A DNA stretch of 64,000 nucleotides from Mobula hypostoma (lineage: Eukaryota): positions 41,292,001 through 41,356,000 of the forward strand of contig NC_086118.1 of NCBI RefSeq assembly GCF_963921235.1. Reading direction: 5' to 3'. Below, in pieces: positions 48,191 through 61,450 of this stretch; the first letter of the stretch is position 1; every line of letters starts with the position of its first letter. The notes under the pieces were generated by a model, which had not been told where the DNA came from, made no database searches, and worked only from the letters and a program-made list of their open reading frames with translations. Made by a program: the position numbers and the translations under genes.

Positions 48191-50084
48191 TTACTTCCCT
48201 GAAAGTAAACTACAGCTGCTGGAAATCTGAAATAGAAGAGCTGGCCCCGTTGGTGGAAGTCCTGCCTCACCTTAATCCCGCCCAGACCTGTTGATGCTGT
48301 CTATTGCAGTTTGCACCTGTTCCTGAAGCTGATCTACTTTCCCCCCTCCCACATAAGAAAACTGCACAGCTCGGTTAGTTGGCCACAGTAATTTGCCCCT
48401 AGTGTTGAGGTGAGTCGTTGGATCTGGAGGGAGGAGATGGGAATGTGGGGCAGAATAAAATGGAATTTCTGTAAATGGGAGTTTGATGGTCTGTGTGAAT
48501 TCTGTGGGCCAAGGGGCTTTACTTTCTGCACTGTTTGTGAAAATGCTGGAAAGATGCTGATGAAAATAAACAACTCTTCAGAAAGCTGCTTACATTTTTT
48601 ATTTAAGTGTACTTGTCTGGTAAGGTGCTGTTGAGGAATGGATTTGAATTGATTTTAATCTGTCGGTTCATGTAGTAGATGCCATGGATATTCTATTGCC
48701 AATGAAAAGTCTGAAAGAGATCAATGATTGACTCTCATGTACAATTACCAATAGATAGCTATCTAGTTTTAATTTAATAAGAGCTTGGAATCGGGTGCTA
48801 CAGAGCAGGGATTGTGGCCCCAGAGAAAAAGGCACCCAGGGCGTGATTAATGGAACGTGTTCAGGCTCTGGGGAGAAGGGAGGAGAACATTGTCAACAAG
48901 ATATTAGGGATTTGATTATACAAATTCTGTTGACCTGTAAGCTCCAACATTATAGTTGTTCACTGGGCTTCTTTCTTCCACCTCTTAGAAGCTTGGTGAT
49001 TGTGATCACAATAAAATTCCAACACTTAACAAAACTGGGACTATGGTCCTAATGAGTAGTCTTTTCTAACAGGACGACAGCCATCTAAATTGAGGTCCAC
49101 TGGGGTTCAGTGTGGACGTTCCATTTTTGGTGTCACTGCCACTTGCATTGGAAGACAAAGCGAACCAAAGTCTTGATATCTTTGTTTCATTAGAAAGAAA
49201 GTGCAAATCGATTTTATTTGGTTTCTTTGCATTTAGGCTTGTTAAGTCTCAAGACTTTTTCCAACAGGATCATGCACAGATGAAATATTTGTTGATTTTT
49301 CACTGATTTCCCCCATGTGCTGTGGTTTCCTTCTTTATCTGTGTTTTGGTAAACAAATTGGCTCCAGTGTGTAGATAAGTGGCAGAATCTGATAGGAGTA
49401 TAGGGAGAACAGTGTACAGGGAAGATAAATCAGGGGTTGGGATTACTCTGTGAACTGACATGGACTCAATGAGCCAAACATTTTTTACTTCGTCATAAGA
49501 AAATATGGAGAACCCAGTGTGGTGTTGGACCAAGACTTTGCCCATTTACCATTCAACATGTTCATGGCTAATCCGTATTCTAATTAAAAACAGAACACTC
49601 AAAGCTCCTGCAAATCAAGCGGTATCTGCTGAAAGAGGAGCAGAAGGCCATTGTCTTATCAACGTTTTACACACTTGACATCAAAAATGTTACTCAAGGT
49701 ATTCTGATAAATGTAATGACTGACATTAATGGTTTTCATGTGGGGGAGTTGCCCAGGCTTCCATTAGAGTTTCTTTGAAGGAATCCATCCTGACATCGTT
49801 CCTAAATGATCTGGTTCCAAAATTTCAAGATGAGGCCTTATTTTGTTCTGGGCCACTTCAGCAAAAGAAACAGTCCCCTCCATTTTATGGGGAGAAGGCA
49901 GGAGATTGGGGATAAGAGGGGAAGGGATCAGCCATGATGAAATGGCGGAGCAGACTCGATGGGCCAACTGGCCTAATTCTGCTCCTATATCTTATGGTCT
50001 ATTTTATCATTTAATGAACCCTTACTATTTCGTTATAATGATTTAGAAATCATTCTGTTGGCCTGCAAGCTCCAAATATGACTG

Positions 50085-51420
50085 ACTAGTCTTTGATTTT
50101 ATAAACCTCAAGGTCACCTGTCAGCTTCCTATTGTCCCAAATGAATAAACCGAGCTGCTCTGAGCTCTCCTTGTAACTACAGACACCCATTCCAGGGAAC
50201 ATCCTGGTGAATCTCTTCCGCATTCTTTGCAGCGCTACCACATTGTTCCTGTAGTGCAATACCTGAACTGTACCCAGTACTGTAGTAGTAATTGTCCTGT
50301 AGGTGCAGCTAACCAAGGTCTTGTAAAGCTGAAACATGATACCCCATCTCTAATACTCATTGCCTTGGCCTCTGAAGACAAGCATGACAAATAACTTCTT
50401 CAATACCCTTTTCACCTCTGTCACCATCTTTAGGGAAAGATGAACTTGCACACCAAGCTCCCTCTGTACAAGAACATTCTTGACGCCCCTGTCATATACT
50501 ATATATGGCCTTTTAGTACTTGGTCTCCCAGAGTGCATTGCCTCACACTTGTCTGAATTAAATTCCATCTACCACCACTCCACCCAGCTTTTCAACATCT
50601 CTCTGCTTCCTTTCACTGCTCTCTCTACGAGCTTAAACGCCATCAATTTTCGTGACATCGTCAAGCTTACTAATCGGTGCACCTGCTTTCTTGTCCAAGC
50701 TAATACACACTCAGTGGCCACTTTATTAGGTACATCTGTACACCTGCTCATTGATGCAAATATCTAATCAGCCAATCATGTGCCAGCAACTCAATGTATA
50801 AAAGCATGCAGGCATGGTCAAGAGGGTCAGATGTTGTTCAGACCAAAGATCATAATGGGGAAGAAGGGTGATCTAAGTGACATTGACCGTTGGTGCCAGA
50901 TGGAGTGGTTTGAGTATCTCAGAAAATGCTGATCGCTTGGGATTTTCATGCAGAACAGACTCTAGAGTTCACAGAGAATGGTGTGAAAAACAAAAAAAAT
51001 CCAGAGAGTGCTGAAAACAAATATCTTGTTAATGATAGAACTCAGGAGGGATTGGCCAGACTGGTTCAGGCTGACAGGAAGGCAACTGTAACTGAAATAA
51101 CCACACATTACAACAGTGGTGTACAGAAAAGCATCTCTGAACACACATCATGTCGAACCTTGAAGTGAATGGGCTACAGCACCAGAAGACCACACTAGGT
51201 TCTACTCTTGCACCTAATGAAGTGGCCATTAAGTGTAGTTTTAACAAACAACAAAGGTCCCAGCTCCGATCTCTGTGGTACCACACAGGTTGCAGAATTC
51301 CAGTCAGAAAAGCACTCATCCACAACCTTCTGTTTCCCATTGCCAAGACAATTCTGTATACAGTTTGCAATAACACCTTGGATCCCATGTGCCCTAACCT
51401 TCTGGACCCTCCGACTGTGT
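50085..51420 (-). mobile_element. Old CR1 fragment interrupted by a non-autonomous Tc1 (50708-51235)
   Basis: MEFNSDKCEAMH and VPQRSELGPLLF remnants. Tc1 TIRs CACTCAGTGGCCACTTTATTAGG/CCTAATGAAGTGGCCATTAAGTG|TA. Confidence 0.8.
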
Positions 51421-52081
51421 GGTAAATGCATCAGAAGTCCAAGTAAACCATATTTATCCATAAGACCATAAGACAAAGGAGCAGAAGTCGGCCATTTGGC
51501 CCATCGAGTCTGGTCCGCCATTTTATCATGAGCTGATCCATTCTCCCACTTAGTCCCACTTTCCCCTGCCTTCTCACCATAACCTTTGACGCCCTGGCTG
51601 CTCAGATACCTATCAATCTCTGCCTTAAATACACCCCCCACTGCCGCCCATAGTAACAAATTCCACAGATTCACCACCCTCAGGCTAAAAAAATTTCTTT
51701 GCATCTTTGTTCTGAACGGGCATGAGACAGGATTTCTGCTGCACCAAACCATGCTGACTCCAAATCAGCCTGTACCCTTCTAAATAAATGTAACTCAGAA
51801 ACCTTTTCCAATAATTTTATTTCTGTTGATGTTAAGGTTCAGTATCCTGTGGTTTTCAGGATTGAGCACTACTGACCTTTTTGTAAAAGGGAACAACATT
51901 TCATTATCCCTCTACTGGTAACTTACCTGGGACTTGCAAAAATGCAGAAATCGCTGTTAAGGCTCCACAGACCTCTTTGGTGAAAAGATCAGAGACTTGC
52001 CCATACAATTTTGGTTTTCCCTAATACTTGAAATCATACACGTTCAATATTTTTCCCACGATATAATGCTCAATTAATTTC

Positions 52082-52475
52082 AGGGGTTGATGTTCCCGAT
52101 CCGTATTTGTTCGTGTTTTTGTGTGGGAGGAGGGATTTGATGTACCTGATCTGTTTTGTTTGTTTTTTTTTGGGTGGGTGGAGGGATTTGGGAGTTGATG
52201 TGCCTGCTCTATTTTGTTCGTTTTTTATTAGCAGGAGGGAAGATTTGGATGTCGACGTGCCCGTTCCGTTTTGTTCAGTCTTTGTGCAGGAGGAGAGATT
52301 TGAGGGTTGATGTACCTGTTTCATTTTTGTTCTTATTTTTGTGGAGGGGGGCAGGATTAGAGTATTGATAACTGTGCTGCCTTTCTTTTTCTTTCTTGCC
52401 GTCATGCCTACCCAGAGAATTGAAGAATTTCAGAGTTGTATGCCTTGATAATAAATGAACCTTTGAACCTTTGAA
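52082..52475 (+). repeat. Diverged ~55-bp tandem repeat (5-6 units) in a retroposon 3' end
   Basis: Recurrent GTTGATGT(A/G)CCTG..TTTTGTTC..GGAGG.GATTTG unit, ending AATAAATGAACCTTTGAACCTTTGAA. Confidence 0.8.
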
Positions 52476-53364
52476 TTAATTAGAAAGCTCACAGATCTCT
52501 GTTTGTCCAATTTCAGTAGTAAAAGAGTTAAACATGCCACACAATGGTATTAAATCATCACATATGAAATATGACAGACAAATAAACACGTTAGGATGCA
52601 TGACTCCAACAAGATCTTCCTTCAATTCCATGATGCAGAAGACTACTGCAGTAAGTTATCCCTAACACTTTAAACTAGGCAAAGTTGATTTATGTGCACA
52701 ACTTATGTAGAAATTATGTGATTTATGTGAAAATGGATCTAACATCTGACAACTTAATCCAAAGGGAATTTGTCAATGTAACACACTTCCTTTCTATTAG
52801 TTTCATACATTTTCACTGTGAGTGTTTCATTAAGAAATGAAATTCATTTCATATTTAATTTCCTTTTATTTTGTCAGAGTATTTTAAAATAATCTGTCTA
52901 CTTAGACTTGGAATTTATTGACCTGAATGGCTTTAATGACTGTTTTAAGTTTGCAAAGGATAATTTTAAGAAATATTACAACTGATAAAAGTGTTATTTA
53001 TTTGATTTGAGTGGCTGTTTCAATTATTAATAGTAATTCTCTGAACAAATACAGATTGTGGACCCCCTCCGCAGGAATGAATTTCTGTTGTATCATAAAC
53101 AGCCTTGGTGATGTACCATGGTAAAAATGGATAAAAAGGTTACTCAAAGCTTTTGAGTAGATTACACATATTGGATTGTAGCATCTTGTCAATTTTTGGT
53201 CTTGGGTGTCATGAAGTCCTGATGACCCCATAATCACCAAACCTACTTCAGCAATGACATATTGAGTTCAGTTGTGAGACAAGAATGCATTCACTGAGGG
53301 AAAGCTGTGGCTCACAAATTCAGTAATTTCTTTGTGTTTCTGATTTGTCCCAATTGAGGATCAG

Positions 53365-53650
53365 TCGGCAGCATTCTTACCCCTCAGTCAGATTATCTTC
53401 TTGGTTCAAGTCATGCTCTAAGAGGTTTCGCCTAAGCTGTAGGCTGCTGCTCCAGAAGAGCACAATAGGAAATGCATCCAGTTATTTCAAACCCCTCACG
53501 TGGATCTAAAAGATACAATGACACAATTTTGAAGTAGAGTCGGGGTAGTATCTTTGGTGGTATTTATCCCTTATCTTTGTTTTTAACAAAAGTTATCAGA
53601 CTTTTCTGGGAAACACCAGCAGTTCAGAGGTTAAACTGCCAGTATTTTCA
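53365..53650 (+). mobile_element. Ancient Deu-domain SINE relic (another at ~46880-47030)
   Basis: GTGGATCTAAAAGATACAATGACACAATTTTGAAGTAGAG...TATTTATCCCT resembles the Deu core as recalled. Confidence 0.55.
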
Positions 53651-54111
53651 TGTCAGGGTTCCTGCATCAATTTGCAAGTCCAGATCTTGCCAGTAGCACT
53701 CCAACATTAATTCTTAAGTGCATAATACTAGAGGACATAGATTTAAAAGAAAGGGAAAAGTGATTTAGGGAAGATATGTGTGAGACTTTCTTCACCCAGA
53801 TGGTAGTGAGTATACACCATTGAGCACATTTACATGGAGTGCTGCCACAAGAAGGCAGCATCCATTATCAAGGACCCCATCATCCAGGCCTTGCTCTATT
53901 CTTATGACAATCATTGGCCATGAGGTACAGAAGAAGCCTTAGGTGATATATCACCAGGTTCAGGAATAGTTCTTACCCTACGAACATCAGGCTCCTGAAC
54001 CACCATGGATAACTTCACTCAGCACAACTCTGAACTAATCCTACAACCTACAGACTTGCTTTCAAGGAATCTACAACTCATGTTCTCAGTATTATTTATT
54101 TTTATTTGTAC

Positions 54112-54423
54112 AGTAAAGGCATCCGTTAGTCTTGCGAGACCATGGATCTGTGCTGGAAAGTCTTCACTCTCCAGGGTGCAGGCCTGGGCAACGTTGTATG
54201 GAAGACCAGCAGTTGACCATGCTGCAAGTCTCTCCTCTCCACAACACCAATGTTGTCCAAGGGAAGGGCATTAGGACCCATACAGCTTGGCACCAGTGTC
54301 GTTGCAGAGCAATGTGTGATTAAATGCCTTGCTCAAGGACACAACACGTTGCCTCGGCTGGGACTTGAACTCACGACCTTCAGGTCGCTAGTCCAATGCC
54401 TTCACCACTTGGCCACGTGCCCA
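54112..54423 (-). mobile_element. tRNA-derived CORE-like SINE inserted in a Rex1 3' fragment (~53840-54608)
   Basis: Minus strand shows A box TGGCCAAGTGG, B box GAGTTCAAGTCC and CORE GTGTTGTGTCCTTGAGCAAGGCA. Confidence 0.8.
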
Positions 54424-55719
54424 CATATTTGTACAATTTGTCTTCTTTTGCACGTTGGTTGTTTGTCATTCTTTGTTTATGTATAGTTCTTGGTAGGTTC
54501 TATTGTATTTCTTTATTTTCCTGCCAAATGCCTGCAAGAAAAATGAACGTCAATGTATGTTAGATGGTTACATATACATACTTCGATAATAGATTTTACT
54601 TTGACTTCAATATACAGAAAACATTACCTGAGATTGAAGCTGGGTCTCTGACGGCATTCGAAAAGTTTCCAGATATGCAGCTGAATCACTTAGGTATAAA
54701 GGGCTATGAACCAGGTGGGATTAATATGGCTAATGCAGACAGTTCAGGTTGAATGGCCTCTTTCTATGACACAGTGACTATTCATGACATTCAGCTGCTG
54801 ACGGTGGGAGTTATATAGGGAAATCTGCTGCTGAACCTACACAAGGTAAGAATCCTCTCTGGTGAAGAAAATCTGTGAGGGACTCGCTTTAGTTTGAGGT
54901 CATTTACATCTTTACTGATTTTCCTTCAGTTTCACCATTGTCTAAAACTGCTTTTGTTTTTTAATTATACAATTTTTAAAAGTAATTTCATAACATTGTA
55001 GACGCATTTTTATTTTTAAACAGTTTTTGAAAGTCTCTGAATGTCCTTCTATTGATGGGGCTTGTTTTAGTGTCTCCAAACCACCCACCCCACACTATAT
55101 TACCATCCTAGGTCTTGCTGCTGTCAAACAGGTTGGCTTCAAGCAGTAGGCTCTTGTTGGTTTTGCTCATTTTCTGTGAACAATGCATTACTGGTACAGA
55201 CTGCATTCATTCCCGGGCCTTAATTCTCTTGTAGGTGAAGGTGAGTTGTCCTCTTGACCAGTTGCATTCCTTCTGGTGAATTTGTTCCCTCAGTGGTTAA
55301 GTGGACAGAATTCCAAAACTTGGGGTCAGAAACAATAAAGGACTGAGAATGCACTACCAAGAGGATATGAAATGTGGAGGAGAACCTGTGGGAATGTGCC
55401 TCTGTCCCCATTTCCCCTGTCCTTCATTGCGGGAGTGGTCATAAGTTAGGACGAGGCTGTCAGCTGATCCCGGTTAAGTGACTAAGGTGTGCTTTTTTAA
55501 TGTAGCACCCGCTACAGCCATTGGTAGAGGGAATGAGTGTTTGGTATGAAGGAAGGAGTACCAATTCAACCGTTATCCTGATGGCAAAGAGCTTTGAGGG
55601 AGCAGCATTCGCCAGGCAATTGAAGAGTATTCCAAAATGCTCCTGATTTGTACCGTGTGGTTGGTAGAATACCAGGGTAGATTATGGCCAGTCACCCTGT
55701 CCTTTTCTCAGCACAAGGA

Positions 55720-56290
55720 CATCAAAATCAGAATCAGATTTATTGCCACTGACATGCATCATGAAATTTATTGTTTTGCAGCAGCAGCACAGTGAAATAC
55801 ATAAGAATGACTTTAAACTACAAAAAGGATATATAAAAAATTAGGTAGTACAAAAAGAGGGGAAAATGGTGAGTTGGTGTTCATGGGTTCATGAATCTGA
55901 TGGCACAGGGGAAGAAGCTGTTCCTAACACATTGAGTATGTGTCTTCAGACTCCTGTACCTTTTCCTCCCCCAAGGTATTAATGAGAAGAGGGCATGTCC
56001 TAGTTGGTGTGGGCCCTTAATGATGGATGCCACCTTCTTGAGTCATCGCCTTTTGAAGATGGCCCTGATGGTGGGGAGGCTGCCGCTCATGATGTGCGTT
56101 GGCTAAGTGCACAACCCTCTGCAGCTCTCTCTGATCTTGTGCATTGGTGCCTCCATACCAGATGGTGATGCGACCAGTCAGAGAGTTCTCTGTGGTACAT
56201 ATGTAGAAAGCTGCTGGAGTTTTAGGTGGGATGCTAAACCTCCTAATCAGCTGCTCAGAATACAAAATCTCCAAAAACTCCTAATGTAAC
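55720..56290 (-). mobile_element. Rex1/Babar-type 3' fragment
   Basis: AAFYICTTENSLTGRITIWYG...RELQRVV. Confidence 0.85.
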
Positions 56291-57295
56291 AAAGCCACTC
56301 AGAATACAACAACGTTTAGAAGACAACGGGAAAAATAAAAGTCCTGTCAAGTGTATCATTTTGAAAAAGTGTCGCGCAAAGCTTCAGTCTTGTGCCTGTA
56401 CCCATGTTATGCAATGAGCAGGCGGAATATTCTATAGACAGCAATGATAGAGACATCCTAATCTGATTATCTCCAGTATTAATGTTTTTTCTCACCAGGT
56501 GGCACTGTGTATCATGTTACTAAAATGTTATTCTGACTTCATGAGGACAGCATGCAGATACACTGGCACAGCACAGCTGGAAAATAGTTTTCACTTCATT
56601 GTTGCAAAGATTATTCGACAGAATCATGAATGTCCCAGATGGAAGCAATTGGGTTAAAATACCTTGCAGACCAATAAAGAGCAATACAGATTGCTCCCAC
56701 ATCCTAGATCTCAATCCATAGTGTTTAGTCAGAGCTTAAAGAACTCACCCAGGTCCTCTATTTTAAATGAATTGAAGTTGTTCATCTTCATCACCCTTGA
56801 GGGTCCACTGGATGAAAAAATTGGTACTGTATTCTAATCCTTCTCCCTGTTACATTCAATGATTGCCTCCTGGTTATTGACTGCTCAGCTAGGTTGATTG
56901 CTTGGTAAGGTTTGGCGCGAATGCACCAACCGCTATGCTACCGTGCCCAACCTGACCGAGGTACGGTTAGGGTTCTAGAGCTGTGGGTCTGCTATTTTGA
57001 CGCTGGAAGCGCAGCAACACTTGCAGGCTGCCTCCAACACAATCCTCAGACTGTGTTAGTTGTTGATGAAATACAACACGTTTCACTGTATGTCTCCGTG
57101 TTTTAATGTAGATGTGACCAACAAATCTAATCTTTCATCTTTATGCACGACTTGCATCCAAATCGGGACGATGTAGGAGTTGAAGGGAAACTTGCGGGTG
57201 GTGGTATTTCCTAGCCTTTGCATCTCTTTTCCTTCTAGGTTTTAGAAACTGCAAATATGGGAATTCTGTCAAACATCGTTGCGAGTTCAGTCACG

Positions 57296-57809
57296 CTAGA
57301 TCACATTTCCAACCAGGAGGCGGCAGCTTTGAGTCCCAAGTCTCACCATTCTTGTCAAAACCTAAGTCAAAGCTCCTTGGGAGTTGCGGCCACCTTCGAT
57401 GCACCAACGTGCTCGCCGCATTTTCGAGTTCTGTCATCCATAGTTTTTGAAATAAAATGTGGTGCAAAAGGTGTAACAGCACGATGATTCCCAGTAATCC
57501 AGAGATCTAGAATAATGCGGTAAGTGTGAGGAAGGTGCTCATCTGGAAACACCGGATCCAATGTAATTTCATTCTCTAAGAGGACTCACTCCTGGTTGGT
57601 ATTCAGATGGGAGACTTCCAAAGAATCCTAGCCGAGTCAGCTTAACTGCAGAGGAGATGGACTCTGTGCCCCCACAGTCAATTCTGATACAAAGTATTTC
57701 AGTGCATCTAAGGTGGCCCGAATTCACGAGGAGCTTTGACTTAGATTTTGACAAAATGGTCAGCCTTGAGGCTTTAATCTGCCTCCTCCTGGTTGGAAAT
57801 GTTATCTAG
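57296..57809. repeat. ~109-bp inverted arms enclosing a 5S rRNA-like sequence
   Basis: 57296-57404 against the reverse complement of 57702-57809 gives about 92/109 identical by hand alignment. Confidence 0.85.
57535..57645 (+). pseudogene. Decayed 5S rRNA-derived sequence (5S pseudogene, or SINE3/AmnSINE1-type head)
   Basis: CCTGGTTGGTATTCAGATGGGAGAC vs vertebrate 5S CCTGGTTAGTACTTGGATGGGAGAC (21/25). Upstream CTGGAAACACCGGATC...CTAAG-AGG is colinear with the 5S 5' half. Confidence 0.7.
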
Positions 57810-58271
57810 GAAGATAGTTCTTAGCAGAACTGACATGTATTTCCAGTTTTAATTATTCCACAATGTCACTTCTTGCAGCATTTTTGTGAAGTATATCAAG
57901 AGTACACAGGTCCATGTGGACTGTGAATAACCTCCATTCCCTAACTTATAAAGGAATATAAAGAATCTTATCCCAGAGGGCCTGTCAGATTCCACAGCCA
58001 ATATTCTTCATCTTGACATTCACTGGGGTCACTTGCATTCAGAATTACTGCCAAGGAGGCCCAATCCACAAATATCAAAGGTGAATATGTTCTATGCGAG
58101 CTAACCAGAAGCCTCCATCCTCCATTGAAACCAGAAGTGACAGGAAAGAACCTAGAACATTCTTATTGCCCACCAGGTCAGCTGGCGGCTGGTATTATAA
58201 TTCAAGTATTAGTCAACTTGAAGGTACGTTGCAGTTGCAGTTCAGTTTGTGGTTGGAAGCTGACTGAATGA

Positions 58272-58510
58272 TGACACAAAGGACTGCAGCTGCTGGAATC
58301 GGGAGCAACACTCAAATGCTGGAGCAGCTCAGTGGGTCAGGAGCATCTATGAGTGCGACTGGGCAAGTGACATTTTGGGTTGAGACCCTTTGTCGAGACT
58401 GGACTTCCAGATCAGTCCAGATGAAGGGTCTCAACCTGAAATGTGGACAGTCCGTTTCCCTCCATGGATGCTGCCTGACCTGTTGAGTCCCTCAAGTGTC
58501 TTCTGTGCTG
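58272..58510. mobile_element. Old palindromic Penelope-like pLTR remnant (a smaller one at ~61575-61705)
   Basis: Inverted degenerate copies of the pLTR and hammerhead sequence. Confidence 0.7.
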
Positions 58511-58514
58511 GTGA

Positions 58515-59005
58515 TTGAATGAATTGAATTGAATTGACTTTATTACTTACATCCTTCATATACGCCTTTACGTTACATCTCCATTCAAAGGTGCAATGTG
58601 CAATTATAGTAATTTATAATAAATATTATGTACAACAGGATAGTCAATACAACATAGAAATACAGTTGTATCAGCATGAATTAAGCAGTCTGATGGCCTG
58701 GTGGAAGAAACTGTCCCGGAGCCTGTTGGTCCTGGCTTTTATGCTGTGGTACCATTTCCTGGATGGTAGCAGCTGGAACAGTTTGAGGTTGGGGTGACTC
58801 GGGTCCCCAATGATCCTTTGAGCACTTTTTACACACCTGCCTTTGTAAATGTCCTAAGTAGTGGGAAGTTCACATCTACAGATGTGCTGGGCTGTCCGCA
58901 CCACTCTCTGCAGAGTCTGTGATTGAGAGAGGTACAGTTCCCATACCAGGCAGTGATGCAGCTAGTCAGGATCTCTCAGTCATGCCCCTATAGAAAGTTC
59001 TTAGG
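58515..59005 (-). mobile_element. Rex1/Babar 3' fragment (same family as 39280-39775)
   Basis: (TGAAT)n tail and CTGATGGCCTGGTGGAAGAAACTGTCCCGGAGCC. Confidence 0.85.
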
Positions 59006-59049
59006 TGTAGGTGTAATTTGCTTTGCATTTGCAAAGTGAATAAAGATTT

Positions 59050-61450
59050 CTGGCTTGATTCAGACTGGAGGCCTGTGACTAGAGTTGTTCCCCAGGAGTT
59101 GGTGCTAGGACCATTGCTATTTGTTATCTATTTCAGTAATTTGGATGGGAATGTACAAGGTATGGTCAGTGATTGTGAGTGACACTGAAATGGGTGGTGT
59201 CATTGACAATGAAGATGGTTATCAGGATTTTCTGAAGGATATTAAGCAGCTGGGTAACTGGGCTGCAGAATGGCAAATGGAGTTTGATTCAAATAGGCCT
59301 GAGATGTGGCATTTTGGGAAGACAAGTGAAGCTGGGACTTTCACAGGGAACTGTAGGGCTCTGGGGAGAACTGGAACTAGGAGTGCAAGTGCATGGCTCC
59401 CTGAAAATGGTGTCATGCATAGACAGGGCTTTCGGTACATTGGCCTTCATCAGTCAGAGTATTGAGTACAGATGTTGGGATGTTTTGTTGCAATAGTACA
59501 AGACGTTCGTGAGGCTGCAGTTGGAATGTGATTTTGGTCATCCTGCTATAGGGAAGGTGCCATTCAACTGGAAAGAGTGCAGAGGAGATTTACAAAGGTG
59601 TTGCAGGGGCTTGAGGGACTGAGTCAAGAAGGTTGAGCAGGCTAGGATCTTTTTCATTGGAATGTAGAAGAATGAGGAATGATCTTATAGAAGTCTTTAA
59701 AATCATTGTATTTATTTATTGATTATACAGAGTGGACTGTTCCTTCCGGCTCTTCAAGCCATACTACCCAGCAACCCCTGACCCGATTTAACCCTAGCCT
59801 AATCACGGGACAATTTACAATGACCAATTAACCTACTAAGTGATAAGTCTTTGGTCTGTGGGAGGAAACCAGGACATTCAGAAGAAACCCACACATTCCA
59901 CAGGGAGGACGTACAAACCCTTTACAGAGGACACCAGGACTGAACTTCGAACTCCAACCCCCAAGCTGTAATAGTGTTGTGCTAATCATTACATTACCAG
60001 GCCACGCACTTAGTCTTTTTTCCAAGGTTGGGAAATCAAGAACAAGAGGGCATAGGTTTAAGGTGAGAGCCCATGGAATTACGGGAAAGTTACATACGTG
60101 GATAGAGCGTTGGCTGATTGGCAGGAAATAGAGAGTGGGAATAAAGGGATCCTATTCTGGTTGGCTGCCGGTTACCAGTGGTGTTCCACAGGGGTCTGTG
60201 TTGGGGCCGCTTCTTTTTACATTGTACATCAACGATTTGGATTATGGAATAGATGGCTTTGTGGCTAAGTTTGCTGATGATACAAAGATAGGTGGAGGGG
60301 CCGGTAGTGCTGAGGAAACAGAGAGTCTGCAGAGAGACTTAGATAGATTGGGAGAATGGACAAAGAAGTGGCAAATGAAATACAATGTTGGAAAGTGTAT
60401 GGTTATGCACTTTGGTAGAAGAAATAAACGGGCAGACTATTATTTAAATTGGAAGAGAATTCAAAGTTCTGAGATGCAATGGGACTTGGGAGTCCTCGTA
60501 CAGGATACCCTTAAGGTTAACCTCCAGGTTGAGTCGGTGGTGAAGAAGGCGAATGCAATGTTGGCATTCATTTCTAGAGAAATAGAGTATAGGAGCAGGG
60601 ATGTGATGTTGAGGCTCTATAAGGCACTGGTAAGACCTCACTTGGAGTACTGTGGGCAGTTTTGGGCTCCTTATTTAAGAAAGGATGTGCTGACATTGGA
60701 GAGGGTTCAAAGAAGATACACTAGAATGATTCTGGGAATGAGAGGGTTAACATATGAGGAACATTTGTCCGTTCTTGGACTGTACCCCCTGGAGTTTAGA
60801 AGAATGAGGGGGGACCTCATAGAAACATTTCGAATGTGGAAAGGCGTGGACAGAGTGGATGTGGCAAAGTTGTTTCCCATGGTGGGGGAGTCTAGTACAA
60901 GAGGGCATGACTTAAGGATTGAAGGGCGCCCATTCGGAACAGAGATGCGAAGAAATTTTTTTAGCCAGAGGGTGGTGAATCTATGGAATTTGTTGCCACA
61001 GGCAGCAGTGGAGGCCAAGTCATTGGTGTATTTAAGGCAGAAATCGATAGGTATCTGAGTAGCCAGGGCATCAAAGGTTATGGTGAGAAGGCAGGGGAGT
61101 GGGACTAAATGGGTGAATGGATCAGCTCATGATAAAATGGCGGAGCAGACTTGATGGGCCGAATGGCCGACTTCTGTTCCTTTGTCTTACGGTCTTATGG
61201 AAAGATTTCATAGGAACCTGAAGGGCAACTTTTTGACCGACAAAGTGGTCAAAATATGGAAGGTATTGCTGGCAGAAGTGTTTGACGGAGGTAATTAATA
61301 ATATTTAAAAGGCACTTGGACAGGTACATGGATAGATATGAGCCAAATGTGGACAAATGGGTCCAGCTTAGATGCAAATCTTTTTTGGCATGGACCATTG
61401 GGAAGAAAGACTTGTTTTTGTGAAGAATGGCTCTCTGCATAACCCCATGA
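59050..61450 (+). mobile_element. Old CR1 interrupted by a minus-strand V-SINE (~59715-60005) and a younger CR1 (~60070-61200)
   Basis: Old copy WAAEWQMEFDS remnants resume after each insert. The young copy has a 307-aa frame with FADDTK and a TCTTA(C/T)GG tail. Confidence 0.9.

Noticed and set aside
52082-52380. CRISPR-like array
   Set aside because: Eukaryotic context, degenerate tandem units without unique spacers, and no cas genes.
52998-58200. Possible exons of a downstream gene (53000-53243 -, 54794-54845 +, 56520-56662 -, 57970-58151 -)
   Set aside because: Isolated splice-like signals with no recognisable protein similarity and no consistent exon chain.
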